From contig OY970382.1 in the NCBI GenBank assembly GCA_963719425.1, positions 586,880 through 650,879 on the forward strand: a stretch of 64,000 nt of DNA. The letters are read 5' to 3'. Positions 9,816-19,031 of this stretch are shown here, in pieces (positions within the stretch are counted from its first letter, which is position 1; every line of letters begins with the position of its first letter). The position numbers and the translations under genes are program-made. The stretch is from an uncultured bacterium. GTDB taxonomy: Bacteria; Patescibacteriota; Minisyncoccia; UBA6257; 2-01-FULL-56-20. The notes under the pieces are model-generated. The model ran no database searches. It had not been told where the DNA came from and saw nothing but the letters and a program-made list of their open reading frames with translations.

Positions 9816-10703
9816 CTATGTGATAAATCCTTCCCGCACGAGTGCGCGCACGATTTTCCGAATCCGCGGAAGGGGTTCTTTTATTTCCCGGTTGATCTTC
9901 CGAACGAGCGATGCCCGAGAAATATTTCCCAAGCCCCGCCCCAAAAGTAATATCCGCAATATTTTACCACGCAACTCGCGGTCCGAGCCAGCAAACCGCG
10001 GCTGCGGCCCATAATGAGCGCTTCTCCGATTCGGATTTTCGATGCTGCGCCCGCGGCGTACGCCAGCATTGCCACCTCCCCTGCCAGTCCGGGTTGCTGC
10101 GCCGAGCATCGCGCCGTAATCCATAAGCGCCCAATACCACTCGCGCACGTTCTTCCGTGGCAGGGTCCGTTTGATATAACACGCAAGCTCCCGATCAGTT
10201 ACCCGCTGTCGGCCCGTTCGGCGCGAAAGGAGCGATCGGCGCGAAAAGAAAAAATGGATGAAGACGCGGCGGACGTTCGTTTCAATAAAAATTTCCGGTT
10301 CGTTCCACACAAACGCGCGGATGGCGCCCGCCGTCGCCTTCCCTATTCCGGGCAGCGATTCAAGTTCAGCGCGGTTGCGCGGGAGTTCGCCGTTAAATTT
10401 TTCTAAAATAATCCTTGACAGGCGCTGGAGCGCAAGTGCGCGGCGGTTGTATCCCATCCCCTGCCATGCGCGGAGCACCTCCACCGTCCTTGCCCGCGCG
10501 AGCACCCGGAAATTCGGAAATTTTTTTATGAAAATCGGATAAAACTTCATCACCCGCGCGACCTGCGTCTGCTGAAGCATGATCTCCGAAACCAAAATAC
10601 GGTACGGATCGCGCGTCCGCCGCCAGGGCATTCGGCGCCCCTTATGGCGGTAATAATCCCAGATAATCCTTCTAAAATGGGCCATGGACATCGTTTTTAT
10701 CAT
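9816..10703 (-). CDS. mutY: A/G-specific adenine glycosylase (HhH-GPD), FeS-cluster-less type
   Basis: PWR, ILVSEIMLQQTQV, WQGMGYNRRA, LPGIG, ETNVRRV, ALMDYGA; start uncertain. Confidence 0.85.
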   Translation of the reverse strand: MIKTMSMAHFRRIIWDYYRHKGRRMPWRRTRDPYRILVSEIMLQQTQVARVMKFYPIFIKKFPNFRVLARARTVEVLRAWQGMGYNRRALALQRLSRIILEKFNGELPRNRAELESLPGIGKATAGAIRAFVWNEPEIFIETNVRRVFIHFFFSRRSLLSRRTGRQRVTDRELACYIKRTLPRKNVREWYWALMDYGAMLGAATRTGRGGGNAGVRRGRSIENPNRRSAHYGPQPRFAGSDRELRGKILRILLLGRGLGNISRASLVRKINREIKEPLPRIRKIVRALVREGFIT

Positions 10704-10730
10704 AAACCAAAATCGGAGCCCCCGCGGGGC

Positions 10731-10760
10731 TTGCAATATTTGGCACCGTTGTGGTATAAT
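10731..10760 (+). promoter_or_regulatory. Promoter of RRM gene with long 5' UTR
   Basis: TTGCAA-18-TATAAT with extended TG. Confidence 0.6.
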
Positions 10761-10796
10761 ACAAACGTTGTAAGTGTTCTTAGTAGGTTTGGCTTG

Positions 10797-10844
10797 TCCA
10801 GCCGTAGTTTTGCCCGTGACTTCGTGGGTAAAACTACGGCCGGA
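10797..10844. repeat. REP-like palindrome, copy 1
   Basis: TCCAGCCGTAGTTT...AAACTACGGCCGGA; arm shared with 26143-26178. Confidence 0.7.
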
Positions 10845-10944
10845 TGAGAGAGCAGAGGAGAAGTAGGTCGCCTTACACAAAAATAGCAACACAGAGAACT
10901 CGGCACCAAATTGTTTTCGCGAGAAGGCGCTGGGTTTATATTGA

Positions 10945-11247
10945 ATGGCTACAAAATTATACGTTGGGGGTTTGCCCTACACCACGACGCAGGATGAGCT
11001 TCAGAATGCGTTCGCGCAGGCCGGCACCGTTTCGTCCACGACCATCATCGTGGACAAGATGACGGGCCGCTCGCGCGGGTTCGGTTTCGTCGAAATGGCG
11101 TCCGACGAGGACGCCCAGAAGGCGATCGAGATGTGGAACGGCAAGGACTTCGGCGGCCGCAAGTTGACCGTGAACGAAGCAAAGCCCCTTGAGCAGCGCG
11201 CTCCCCGGAGCGGCGGCGGCTACGGCGGCGGACGCCAGAGCTGGTAA
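10945..11247 (+). CDS. RRM (RNP-1) RNA-binding protein
   Basis: KLYVGGL, RGFGFVEM, Gly-rich tail. Confidence 0.95.
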   Translation: MATKLYVGGLPYTTTQDELQNAFAQAGTVSSTTIIVDKMTGRSRGFGFVEMASDEDAQKAIEMWNGKDFGGRKLTVNEAKPLEQRAPRSGGGYGGGRQSW

Positions 11248-11266
11248 ATCTGCTCACTGCAGAAAC

Positions 11267-11294
11267 AAAAATCCCGCAGCAATGCGGGGTTTTT
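11267..11294 (+). terminator. Intrinsic terminator after RRM gene
   Basis: AAAAATCCCGCA-GCAA-TGCGGGGTTTTT. Confidence 0.8.
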
Positions 11295-11296
11295 GT

Positions 11297-11470
11297 TATG
11301 TCCTGTTTTGCCTTTTTCGGAACCCGCTCATGACTTCGGAAAATCTAATTCGCTCCCGACGAAAATCCGCCACCCTCTCGCCTTCGGCGGGGGTCCCGGC
11401 AGATTTTCGGTTCGCTCGTTGATTTTTCTCGCCATTCCGCTAGGTTCCTCAAAACTCAAAACAGGACATA
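11297..11470. mobile_element. Fold-back/MITE-like element
   Basis: Terminal IR TATGTCCTGTTTTG / CAAAACAGGACATA with nested internal palindromes. Confidence 0.6.
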
Positions 11471-11509
11471 TGCAAAATATCCCGCTTGTCTGCGATGACA
11501 ATTTAATTT

Positions 11510-13294
11510 TCAGACTACCTCCGCCTGATAGCACCGCTCGCAATACACGATCTCCGACCGGCCGGGAGCGTAGGGGGTTTGAAATCTGTTTGGACACGGA
11601 GCTGTACCGTGAAAATGTCTTCCGGTATTTGTGTATTTTTCTTGTTCGGACCATTGTCCCTTGCACATGCAATCCCGCTTCCAGAGCTTAAGCGGGTTTC
11701 GTTCAGCAAGACGTTCATGGTGCCGACAGTTCGGGCATAATCGCGGAAGCGGTATATTGAGCTGGCGGTAGAACTGTAATTCGCGCGGAACAATACGAAA
11801 CGCAGTCGTACACTGTTCATTGCACGCACCCTTGTGAGCGCAGCCTATAATGTCTTCCGTGATTTTGTCAGGTACGTCGCGAATATGATCTGGAAGGGTA
11901 TCGGGTTGCTTCGTGATTTGGTAATCCCTTCCACCTTCATTTTTCCAATAAAACCCTTTTGCTTTTGCATCTGCTTCCGCCAGCGTAAAGTACTCTTGCG
12001 CAACTGTTTCGTTGTATCCAAAAGGCGACAGGTCGGGAGGGAAAAACTCACCGTATTGGTACGTTCGCCCGTTCTGATCCTGATATGGCGAGGTGTTCAT
12101 GTGCTCGATAATCTTAGGAAGGAGAATTTCGTATTTTTCTTGGTCGTACTGCTTGTTCAAAATGCAGTGCGCGTTATTTCGCATTCCTACACACCCAAAT
12201 AGGTGCGACGAGTGTCCGCAGAAGGCGGTGTATTGAATATCTTGGTTGTTACCTCCCTCAGCGCCGTGAACGTTGAACCTGATCATAGCGCTGAAGGAAA
12301 TTCCTGCCCCTTGGGATTCGTAAATAAGCTGCGTATTTGATCCGCCGCTCACATCCATGGAATCTTTGATAAATGGTGCCCGCCACATGTACGCAGCATC
12401 CTCGAGGTCGTGGCTGCTGAAGGACATGCGGGCATTTTTTGAGTTGATGAGGTCGTCTCCTGTGCAATTACTGCAGTTCACCAGGGAGGCATATTTGTGC
12501 AACGCCCTCGCAGTGAGCGAAGTAAATTCTTCTATGAGCTTCGTTTGGGTATGGTAGCTGCCGAGATCGAGCTTTTCCAACTCTGCAAGATACTCTTCTT
12601 TTGTGCGTGGCATGTTTCTGATGCAGAATTCTTTGTTTCGGAGATTGGTACACAGGAAACAGTTGCGACAATTGTAGCACTCATAGAGAAATGATGAGTC
12701 AATACAATTACTGGAGTGTAAGGCGAAAGCGCAATTGTAGTTCTTGTAGCTCAGGACACTCTGGTATACGTTTTCCGAACTGGTGACGTCGAAGCTGTCG
12801 AATACAATTCTCGACTTGTCAACGTCTTTCGAGTAGTAGATCTCTTCCGAGCCGATGGCGGAGTACGATAGGTACACCGCATTACAATCCCGCAGGATGT
12901 TCCCGGCGAAGGGAGAATTCTTCACGTTGGTTTGGGAAATGTTTTGCCGTGGAACGACGGACCAAAGCGTCCGCAGTTGTTTGAAAAAGGGAGTATCCCA
13001 GTCATAATCACGGCCGTACGTAGCGGCATCCCACTTATCCGACAACCAGCATTCGGTGCAGTAGACGGGAAACGGTAAATTTTCTGCGTACATTGAGAGC
13101 ATTTTATTACCACACAGGCCGCAGTTTCGCATATGCAAAAAGCGTTCATTACGGAAAAGCAGTCGTCGAATCATACGGCACTCCGGGCACCACGTCGGCG
13201 GCGGGACCCTTATCTTCTTGTAAAAGTCAAAATCCTCCGGCTCAATCACGAACTGGATTTTGCAATTTTGGCAAAAACGTACCTCAGACTCCAT
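11510..13294 (-). CDS. CPR-type Cys-rich zinc-ribbon protein (~590 aa)
   Basis: CQNCK, PTWCPECR, YCTECWLSDKWD, YGEFFP..LSPFGYNETVAQ, PRLCPNCRH, VYCERCYQ motifs. Confidence 0.8.
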   Translation of the reverse strand: MESEVRFCQNCKIQFVIEPEDFDFYKKIRVPPPTWCPECRMIRRLLFRNERFLHMRNCGLCGNKMLSMYAENLPFPVYCTECWLSDKWDAATYGRDYDWDTPFFKQLRTLWSVVPRQNISQTNVKNSPFAGNILRDCNAVYLSYSAIGSEEIYYSKDVDKSRIVFDSFDVTSSENVYQSVLSYKNYNCAFALHSSNCIDSSFLYECYNCRNCFLCTNLRNKEFCIRNMPRTKEEYLAELEKLDLGSYHTQTKLIEEFTSLTARALHKYASLVNCSNCTGDDLINSKNARMSFSSHDLEDAAYMWRAPFIKDSMDVSGGSNTQLIYESQGAGISFSAMIRFNVHGAEGGNNQDIQYTAFCGHSSHLFGCVGMRNNAHCILNKQYDQEKYEILLPKIIEHMNTSPYQDQNGRTYQYGEFFPPDLSPFGYNETVAQEYFTLAEADAKAKGFYWKNEGGRDYQITKQPDTLPDHIRDVPDKITEDIIGCAHKGACNEQCTTAFRIVPRELQFYRQLNIPLPRLCPNCRHHERLAERNPLKLWKRDCMCKGQWSEQEKYTNTGRHFHGTAPCPNRFQTPYAPGRSEIVYCERCYQAEVV

Positions 13295-13368
13295 ACAACC
13301 TCATTCTACCAAAGTCCGCTCCAGCGCCGCGGCTCGCTCTCCGCCTCACGCGGTGGTAAAATGAACAC

Positions 13369-14418
13369 ATGGAAATCGCGCTCTTCGCTATCATTATTAT
13401 CATCCTCGCCGCAATCGCCTGGCGGCTCTGGAAACCGCGGGCGGCGCAACCAAAGCAGGATAACCAGGCGCTGCTTCTTATCCAAAACCAGATCCAGGAC
13501 CAGCAAAAACAGATCCAACATCAGATGAGCGATCTTTCGCGGACGCTTGATACGCGGCTCGGCGATTCCACGAAGACCATGCTCGCACAGTCGGACAAAA
13601 GCGTGCAAATCGTAAAGGAAATCACGGGCGAGATCACGAAAGTAACCGAAGGACAAAAACAGATCGCCTCACTCGCCGACCAATTGAAAGGACTGCAGGA
13701 TATTTTGAAAAATCCGAAACAGCGCGGCGTGCTCGGAGAATATTTTTTGGAAACGGTTTTGAAGAATGTCCTTCCGCCCGGCGCCTACCAACTGCAGTAT
13801 CCCTTTGCCGATGGGACAAAAGTGGACGCTGTCATTTTCTATCAGGACCGCGTGATCCCGATTGACTCAAAGTTCAGTCTGGAAAATTACAATCGTTTTG
13901 TGGGCGCGGCCACCGACGAGGAACGCAAGCGCTACGAAGACGCCCTGCGCATGGACCTCAAAACGCGCATTGACGAAACCGCAAAATACATCAAGCCCGC
14001 CGAGGATACGCTGGACTTCGCCTTTATGTTTATCCCGTCGGAGGCGCTTTACTACGACCTCCTTGTGAACAAGATCGGCGCTGCCGCCGAACGCGACCTT
14101 ATCCAATACGCGGGCGAGAAGCGTGTCTATCCTGTTTCCCCCACCACGTTCTACGCCTACCTCCAGATGGCGCTCCAAGGAATCCGCCAAATGGAGATCA
14201 ATAAATCCGCCGAGCGAATTCGCAAAAACGTTGGCGAACTGCAACGCCACCTGGAACGTTACGAGGAGTATCTGGAAAAAATCGGTTCACACCTTTCGAC
14301 CACCACAAACGCCTACAACACCGCCTACAAAGAATTCGGAAAGATAGACAAAGACATATTAAAAATCGGCGCGAGCGCCGAGTTGGATAAAGAGGAAGAA
14401 CCGGAGAAACTGCCCTAG
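13369..14418 (+). CDS. rmuC: DNA recombination protein RmuC
   Basis: N-terminal TM, K.RG.LGE, IPIDSKF, FAFMFIPSEALY, SPTT. Confidence 0.92.
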   Translation: MEIALFAIIIIILAAIAWRLWKPRAAQPKQDNQALLLIQNQIQDQQKQIQHQMSDLSRTLDTRLGDSTKTMLAQSDKSVQIVKEITGEITKVTEGQKQIASLADQLKGLQDILKNPKQRGVLGEYFLETVLKNVLPPGAYQLQYPFADGTKVDAVIFYQDRVIPIDSKFSLENYNRFVGAATDEERKRYEDALRMDLKTRIDETAKYIKPAEDTLDFAFMFIPSEALYYDLLVNKIGAAAERDLIQYAGEKRVYPVSPTTFYAYLQMALQGIRQMEINKSAERIRKNVGELQRHLERYEEYLEKIGSHLSTTTNAYNTAYKEFGKIDKDILKIGASAELDKEEEPEKLP

Positions 14419-14421
14419 TTG

Positions 14422-15720
14422 TTACTTCTTCCTGCGCCGGAGGAACGCGGGGATATCCCACGCGTCGCTTTCCTTCTCTTTCTTTTCTTTGCTTGATTTT
14501 GACTCGGCGGGAGCGGAGGCTTTTGCGGGAGCGTCTATGGAGGAGAAAATCTCGCTGTCCGAAGACCGTTCGCGTTCGCTACGGGCTGTGGCGGCAGCTT
14601 CCTTCCCTGCCTGCGGCTTCTTTGTTGAAAACGATTCAAGCGCGGGCGATCCGGCGCCAGGCCGGGCGCCTCCGCCGCCGCTCGTCCCGCCGCCGAACAT
14701 GCCCGGTTGCCGCTCGTAGTGGCTCCCGCTCCCGCCGAAGAGCGCGGTCGTAGAACCCCCGTTGAAACCTGCGGCAATCACGGTTATTTTGATCTGCCCG
14801 TGCTTCAAATTGCGATCGTGATACGCGCCGAAGATGATGCGCGCGCCGGCGTCGGCGGTCTGCGCGACGATCTTCGCCGCTTCATTGATCTCGGTCATCT
14901 TCAAATCTCGTCCCCCCGATATTCCCAAGAGCACCGCTTTTGCGCCTTCGGGACTCGTCTCCAAAAGCGGCGAGTGGAGCGCTTGGTTCACTGCCGCAAC
15001 GGCGCGGTCCTGACCGCTCGCTACGGCCACACCGATAATCGTCACCCCTGCGTCCTGCATGATGTTCTTCACGTCGGCGAAATCCACGTTGATAATGCCG
15101 GGTATTGCGATAATCTCCACGATCCCCTTGAGCGCTTTCCGTAAAATGTCGTCAATCGCCTCAAACGCCTTTATGATCGGCGTGTCCTTGCTGATCACCG
15201 TGAAGATGCGGTCGTTCGGGACGACGATGAGCGCATCCACTTTGTCGCGCAATTTCATAAGTCCCTCTGCGGCAATTCGTTCGCGCTGACTCCCCTCAAA
15301 GGTGAACGGCTTTGTGACAACGGCAATCGTGAGCGCCCCTGCCTGCTTTGCGGCTTCGGCAACTATAGGCGTGGCACCCGTGCCGGTGCCGCCGCCGAAC
15401 CCCGCCGCGAGAAACACGAGATCAGCTCCCTTCACGATCTCGCCGATTTCGGAGCGGTTTTCTTCCGCGGCCTGCCTGCCGAGATCGGGATTCATGCCCG
15501 TCCCCAACCCCTTCGTAAGCCCCTTCCCTATATATAACCGGTGTTTGACGTTGCAGTGATCAAGGTCCTGGTGGTCGGTGTTGATCGCCACGAAATCAAC
15601 GCCGCGAATGAAGTCACGCGCCATTCGCGCGACCGCGTTCCCCCCTCCCCCGCCAATGCCAATCACTTTGACGTTCGTCGCAAGGGGTTGGAATTTCTCT
15701 TTCTTTTTAGAGGAAGCCAT
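14422..15720 (-). CDS. ftsZ: Cell division protein FtsZ
   Basis: GIGGGGGNAV, GGGTGTGA, INVDFADV, C-terminal DIPAFLR. Confidence 0.98.
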   Translation of the reverse strand: MASSKKKEKFQPLATNVKVIGIGGGGGNAVARMARDFIRGVDFVAINTDHQDLDHCNVKHRLYIGKGLTKGLGTGMNPDLGRQAAEENRSEIGEIVKGADLVFLAAGFGGGTGTGATPIVAEAAKQAGALTIAVVTKPFTFEGSQRERIAAEGLMKLRDKVDALIVVPNDRIFTVISKDTPIIKAFEAIDDILRKALKGIVEIIAIPGIINVDFADVKNIMQDAGVTIIGVAVASGQDRAVAAVNQALHSPLLETSPEGAKAVLLGISGGRDLKMTEINEAAKIVAQTADAGARIIFGAYHDRNLKHGQIKITVIAAGFNGGSTTALFGGSGSHYERQPGMFGGGTSGGGGARPGAGSPALESFSTKKPQAGKEAAATARSERERSSDSEIFSSIDAPAKASAPAESKSSKEKKEKESDAWDIPAFLRRRKK

Positions 15721-15791
15721 TTAACTCAATAATAGCAAATCTTCCCGTGGCGTGCCACCTGTGCATATTTTCTCGAGTCTGCCTCAAACAA

Positions 15792-17036
15792 CTACGGCGT
15801 GAAGTAGCGGATGATCTTCCTCAAACCGAACCTGGAGGATGCTCCTTCCTTGTTCCAACCTTCGCCATCCACGCCTGAGAGGACAAGGCCGAAGGCATTT
15901 ACGAATTCGGGATCCTCAAGGAACTCCTTGAAAGGGCCGCCACTTGACTCCCAGTCGTCACTGACCGAGAAGCCGATCTGCGAGGAAAGTTTCATCTCCT
16001 GTTTCGCGAGATCGGTGATGCCGGGAAGCTTCGCGCCGCCGCCCACGAGCACCGCGCCGCCGGGAAGCTCGCCGAACTTTTGGCACAATTTCAGCTCGCC
16101 GTTTACAAGGTCAAAAATCTCCTCAAGGCGCGACTCTATGATCTCGGCCGCAAAGCGCCGCGAGACGGTGTTCTTCGCTTCCGGCAAAAACTTCTTGAGC
16201 TCAATGGACTCTTTGCTGCCAACGTCTTTGGGAAACGCATAGCCGTAATGCAGTTTTATTTCCTCCGCCGCGTCCACGGGAATTTTCAATCCCACGGCAA
16301 GATCGTTGGAAATGTTCCCCGCGCCGACGGGAAACTTCGCGACGTCTACCAGTTTCCCCTCCTCATAGACCGAAAGTCCCGTTGTACCGAAACCGATGTC
16401 CACGAGCGCAGTGCCCAAGTCGCGCTGGCGTTTGGAGAGCGCCGCACGCGCGGCGACGAGCGGTCCGAAGACGAGCCCGGAAACCTCGCCGCCGCCCAGT
16501 TCCACCACGCGGATCAAATTTTTTATGTGCGGCGAGAATGCATCAATGATCAAACTTTGCACCTCCAAACGGCTGCCCGAGAGCCCCAGAGGGTCCGCAA
16601 TCTCCCCCACGCCGTCCACGACGAATTCTTTGACAAGCGTGTGGATGATCGTCCGATTTTGCGGGAGGTTGACCGCCTGCGACGCCCGCACCGCACGGTC
16701 AATATCGTCTTGGTAGATCTCCGCATCAGCGCGCGAGACCGCGACGATCCCGCGCGAGGATTGCATTTTTGCCTGCGGCGTACCGATGGAAATATAAACG
16801 TTTTTGAGCGTTGATTTGGAAACCTTCTTCGCGCCTGCGAGCGCGCGGCTCACGGCCTGTGAAACCTCGCTCATCTCCACGATGGCTCCTTTCCGCATGC
16901 CGTAGCACGGCACTTTCTGCACGTGCACGAGTGCTGGCTTCCCATTGCGCCGTTCGGCAACCGCCACCTTGATGGAAGACGTGCCGAGGTCCAAGCCCGT
17001 CACAAAATTGCCGCCCGAAAGTCCCTTGAGCTTCAT
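15792..17036 (-). CDS. ftsA: Cell division protein FtsA
   Basis: GLDLGTS, DIGFGTT, VGGGAKLPG; directly upstream of ftsZ. Confidence 0.96.
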   Translation of the reverse strand: MKLKGLSGGNFVTGLDLGTSSIKVAVAERRNGKPALVHVQKVPCYGMRKGAIVEMSEVSQAVSRALAGAKKVSKSTLKNVYISIGTPQAKMQSSRGIVAVSRADAEIYQDDIDRAVRASQAVNLPQNRTIIHTLVKEFVVDGVGEIADPLGLSGSRLEVQSLIIDAFSPHIKNLIRVVELGGGEVSGLVFGPLVAARAALSKRQRDLGTALVDIGFGTTGLSVYEEGKLVDVAKFPVGAGNISNDLAVGLKIPVDAAEEIKLHYGYAFPKDVGSKESIELKKFLPEAKNTVSRRFAAEIIESRLEEIFDLVNGELKLCQKFGELPGGAVLVGGGAKLPGITDLAKQEMKLSSQIGFSVSDDWESSGGPFKEFLEDPEFVNAFGLVLSGVDGEGWNKEGASSRFGLRKIIRYFTP

Positions 17037-17148
17037 ATCCTCCTTATTCTATGCGGCGCGAGGGGCGTCCGCAACTGTGCATTGGGCCGGATTAAAAAAT
17101 TATTAAGGAATACTTGACTTTGTCTCCGTATCGCAATACTGTGCCAAT

Positions 17149-17227
17149 ATGCCCGCGCGAGACGTCAGTCTCTATCGGCTCAGCTGGTAGCGGGCATGGT
17201 AAAGAATCTCCTCCGGGAGATTTTTTA
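17149..17227 (+). ncRNA. Candidate small structured RNA
   Basis: TTGACT-17-TACTGT promoter (17114-17142); ATGCCCGC/GCGGGCAT closing stem with two inner hairpins; terminator hairpin plus T-run. Confidence 0.45.
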
Positions 17228-17653
17228 TTCCTCCATAATGCTTAAAATTTTTTCTTCCAACCGTTCCATTTTGGTTGCATCAGCTCTCTTTTTGTGGTCA
17301 TAGCCCAAGAGATGCAACATGCCGTGCAGCAAAAGCGGTGCGGTGCGATCAGGACTGCGCTGCAGGATATCGCGGTTCAAGTAGATCTCGCCGAGATACC
17401 GCTTTTTGGTCTCCGGATGAGGAAAACGGAGTGGTTCCAGGAACGACAGCACGTTCGGCTCGGAACGTTTTTTCATAAATCGCCGCTTGAGCGCCCTCAT
17501 ATCGCGGCCGGGCAACAAAAAAATGTCCAGGGTCGCGTTCTGCACGCCACGATCGGGCGCGCCGAGGGTCTTCAAGATCTCTTTTGCAAAGCGGTGTATT
17601 TTTTTCTCCATCCAGGCCGTCTGCGTCATCACGGTTATTCTCGTGCCCGCCAC
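17225..17653 (-). CDS. ybeY: rRNA maturation endoribonuclease YbeY
   Basis: NVLSF, LGEIYL, HGMLHLLGYDH; start uncertain. Confidence 0.92.
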   Translation of the reverse strand: MAGTRITVMTQTAWMEKKIHRFAKEILKTLGAPDRGVQNATLDIFLLPGRDMRALKRRFMKKRSEPNVLSFLEPLRFPHPETKKRYLGEIYLNRDILQRSPDRTAPLLLHGMLHLLGYDHKKRADATKMERLEEKILSIMEE

Positions 17654-17654
17654 G

Positions 17655-18101
17655 TCAACCAAGTTTCTTCCTCGCGATGTCACCCACTGTTTTGCCGTCC
17701 GCGCGCCCCTTCGTGAGCTTCATTGTTTCGCGCATGAGCGAGTTGAAGTCATTGAAACCCTTTCCCTTAAGCTCATCCACCATCTTTTCAATTTCCTCCG
17801 CAGAAAGTCCCTTGGGAATATATTCATAGATCACCGCGAGCTCGGCCTCCTCCTTTTTTACGAGATCATCCCGCTTCCCCTGCCGGAAGAGTTCAATTGC
17901 CTCCTTGCGCCGCTTTGCTTCTTTTTGTAAAACCGCGACGGCCTCGTCGTCGGTCAGTGCCACGCCCGGCTGCTTTGCGTTTTTCTCTTTCTGCACATTG
18001 TAGAGCCCCGAAGACATAAACCGCAATATCCCCAGGCGCTGCCCGTCGCCGCTTTTCATCGCGGACTTCATGTCATCGCCTATTCTTTCAAAGAGTGTCA
18101 T
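17655..18101 (-). CDS. yqeY: GatB/YqeY domain protein
   Basis: AMKSGD, KEAKRRKEAIELF..G.R.DL, GRADG. Confidence 0.9.
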   Translation of the reverse strand: MTLFERIGDDMKSAMKSGDGQRLGILRFMSSGLYNVQKEKNAKQPGVALTDDEAVAVLQKEAKRRKEAIELFRQGKRDDLVKKEEAELAVIYEYIPKGLSAEEIEKMVDELKGKGFNDFNSLMRETMKLTKGRADGKTVGDIARKKLG

Positions 18102-18145
18102 ATCTACAGTATAAACCAAAGCCCCGCATCACGGCGGGGTTCGTA

Positions 18146-18364
18146 CTAACCAAGAAGCCCAAGCTTTTTCATCCGTTCTACCTCCGCCCGTTTCGCATCG
18201 CGGTGGATTGCCGAGAGTTTGCGTTTGATCCGGCTTACCGGGCGATCGTGGAACTTACGTGCGCGCGCTTCCTTCAAAATGCCGCTCCGCTTCACTTTCT
18301 TCGTGAAGCTGAAAAGTATGCTGTTCGGAGATTCGCCCTCCCGCTTTCGTACCTCAACTGCCAT
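18146..18364 (-). CDS. rpsU: 30S ribosomal protein S21
   Basis: VRKREGES...FTKKVKRSGILKEAR; upstream of yqeY as usual. Confidence 0.85.
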   Translation of the reverse strand: MAVEVRKREGESPNSILFSFTKKVKRSGILKEARARKFHDRPVSRIKRKLSAIHRDAKRAEVERMKKLGLLG

Positions 18365-18423
18365 GAGGAGAAGTATAGCAGAAAGAACAAGGCAGTCAAG
18401 GAAAATTTGATGGATAAGGTGGC

Positions 18424-18595
18424 CTGCACACGAATTGATTTTGCAGAACCGTGCGGAGGCCGAGCGAAAAATCCGCGAGTGAATAGGAAAAATGCCGGGT
18501 GCCCGGGAGCCGCGACTAGGGCGGCATTTTTTCGTTATGAGCGAGCCGGATTTTGCAAGGCCGGAAAGGGTTCTACAAAATCAATTCGTGTGCAG
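18424..18595. mobile_element. Fold-back/MITE-like element
   Basis: 27-bp near-perfect terminal IR CTGCACACGAATTGATTTTGCAGAACC / GGTTCTACAAAATCAATTCGTGTGCAG with nested palindromes. Confidence 0.7.
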
Positions 18596-18600
18596 AAGTC

Positions 18601-19026
18601 CTAGCCAGCGATTTTCTTGCGAATCTCTTCCAGGGTCTCTTTCGATTTTCTATTTACCAGTGACTGGACAGGCTCTCCCCCGTCGCCATACCATCGGGGC
18701 ATCACATGCACGTGGAGATGGTCCACTTCCTGGCCGCTCGCGCGGCCCTGGTTGATCCCAATCGTGATGCCGTCGCACTTCAATTTCCGCGAGAGCATCT
18801 CCGCCACTTTCTTTACCGCCGCAAAGAGCGGGGCGATCTCGGCGTCCGGCAGTTCAAGCAAATTCGGCGCATGCGTTTTCGGAATCACCATGGTGTGCCC
18901 AGGCGTCCGCGGCATGATATCCAAGAACGCGAGCGCGCGGCCGTCCTCGTACACTGCCTGCGCCGGAATTTCCCCGGACGCTATTTTGCAGAAAATGCAA
19001 TTTTTGTCTCGCACTGGTTCTTTCAT
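18601..19026 (-). CDS. HIT family hydrolase
   Basis: CIFCKI, GHTMVIPK, HLHVH. Confidence 0.93.
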   Translation of the reverse strand: MKEPVRDKNCIFCKIASGEIPAQAVYEDGRALAFLDIMPRTPGHTMVIPKTHAPNLLELPDAEIAPLFAAVKKVAEMLSRKLKCDGITIGINQGRASGQEVDHLHVHVMPRWYGDGGEPVQSLVNRKSKETLEEIRKKIAG

Positions 19027-19031
19027 GGTTC

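Noticed and set aside
17037-17224. ftsQ upstream of ftsA
   Set aside because: The gap is under 200 bp with no suitable ORF; ftsQ is elsewhere or absent
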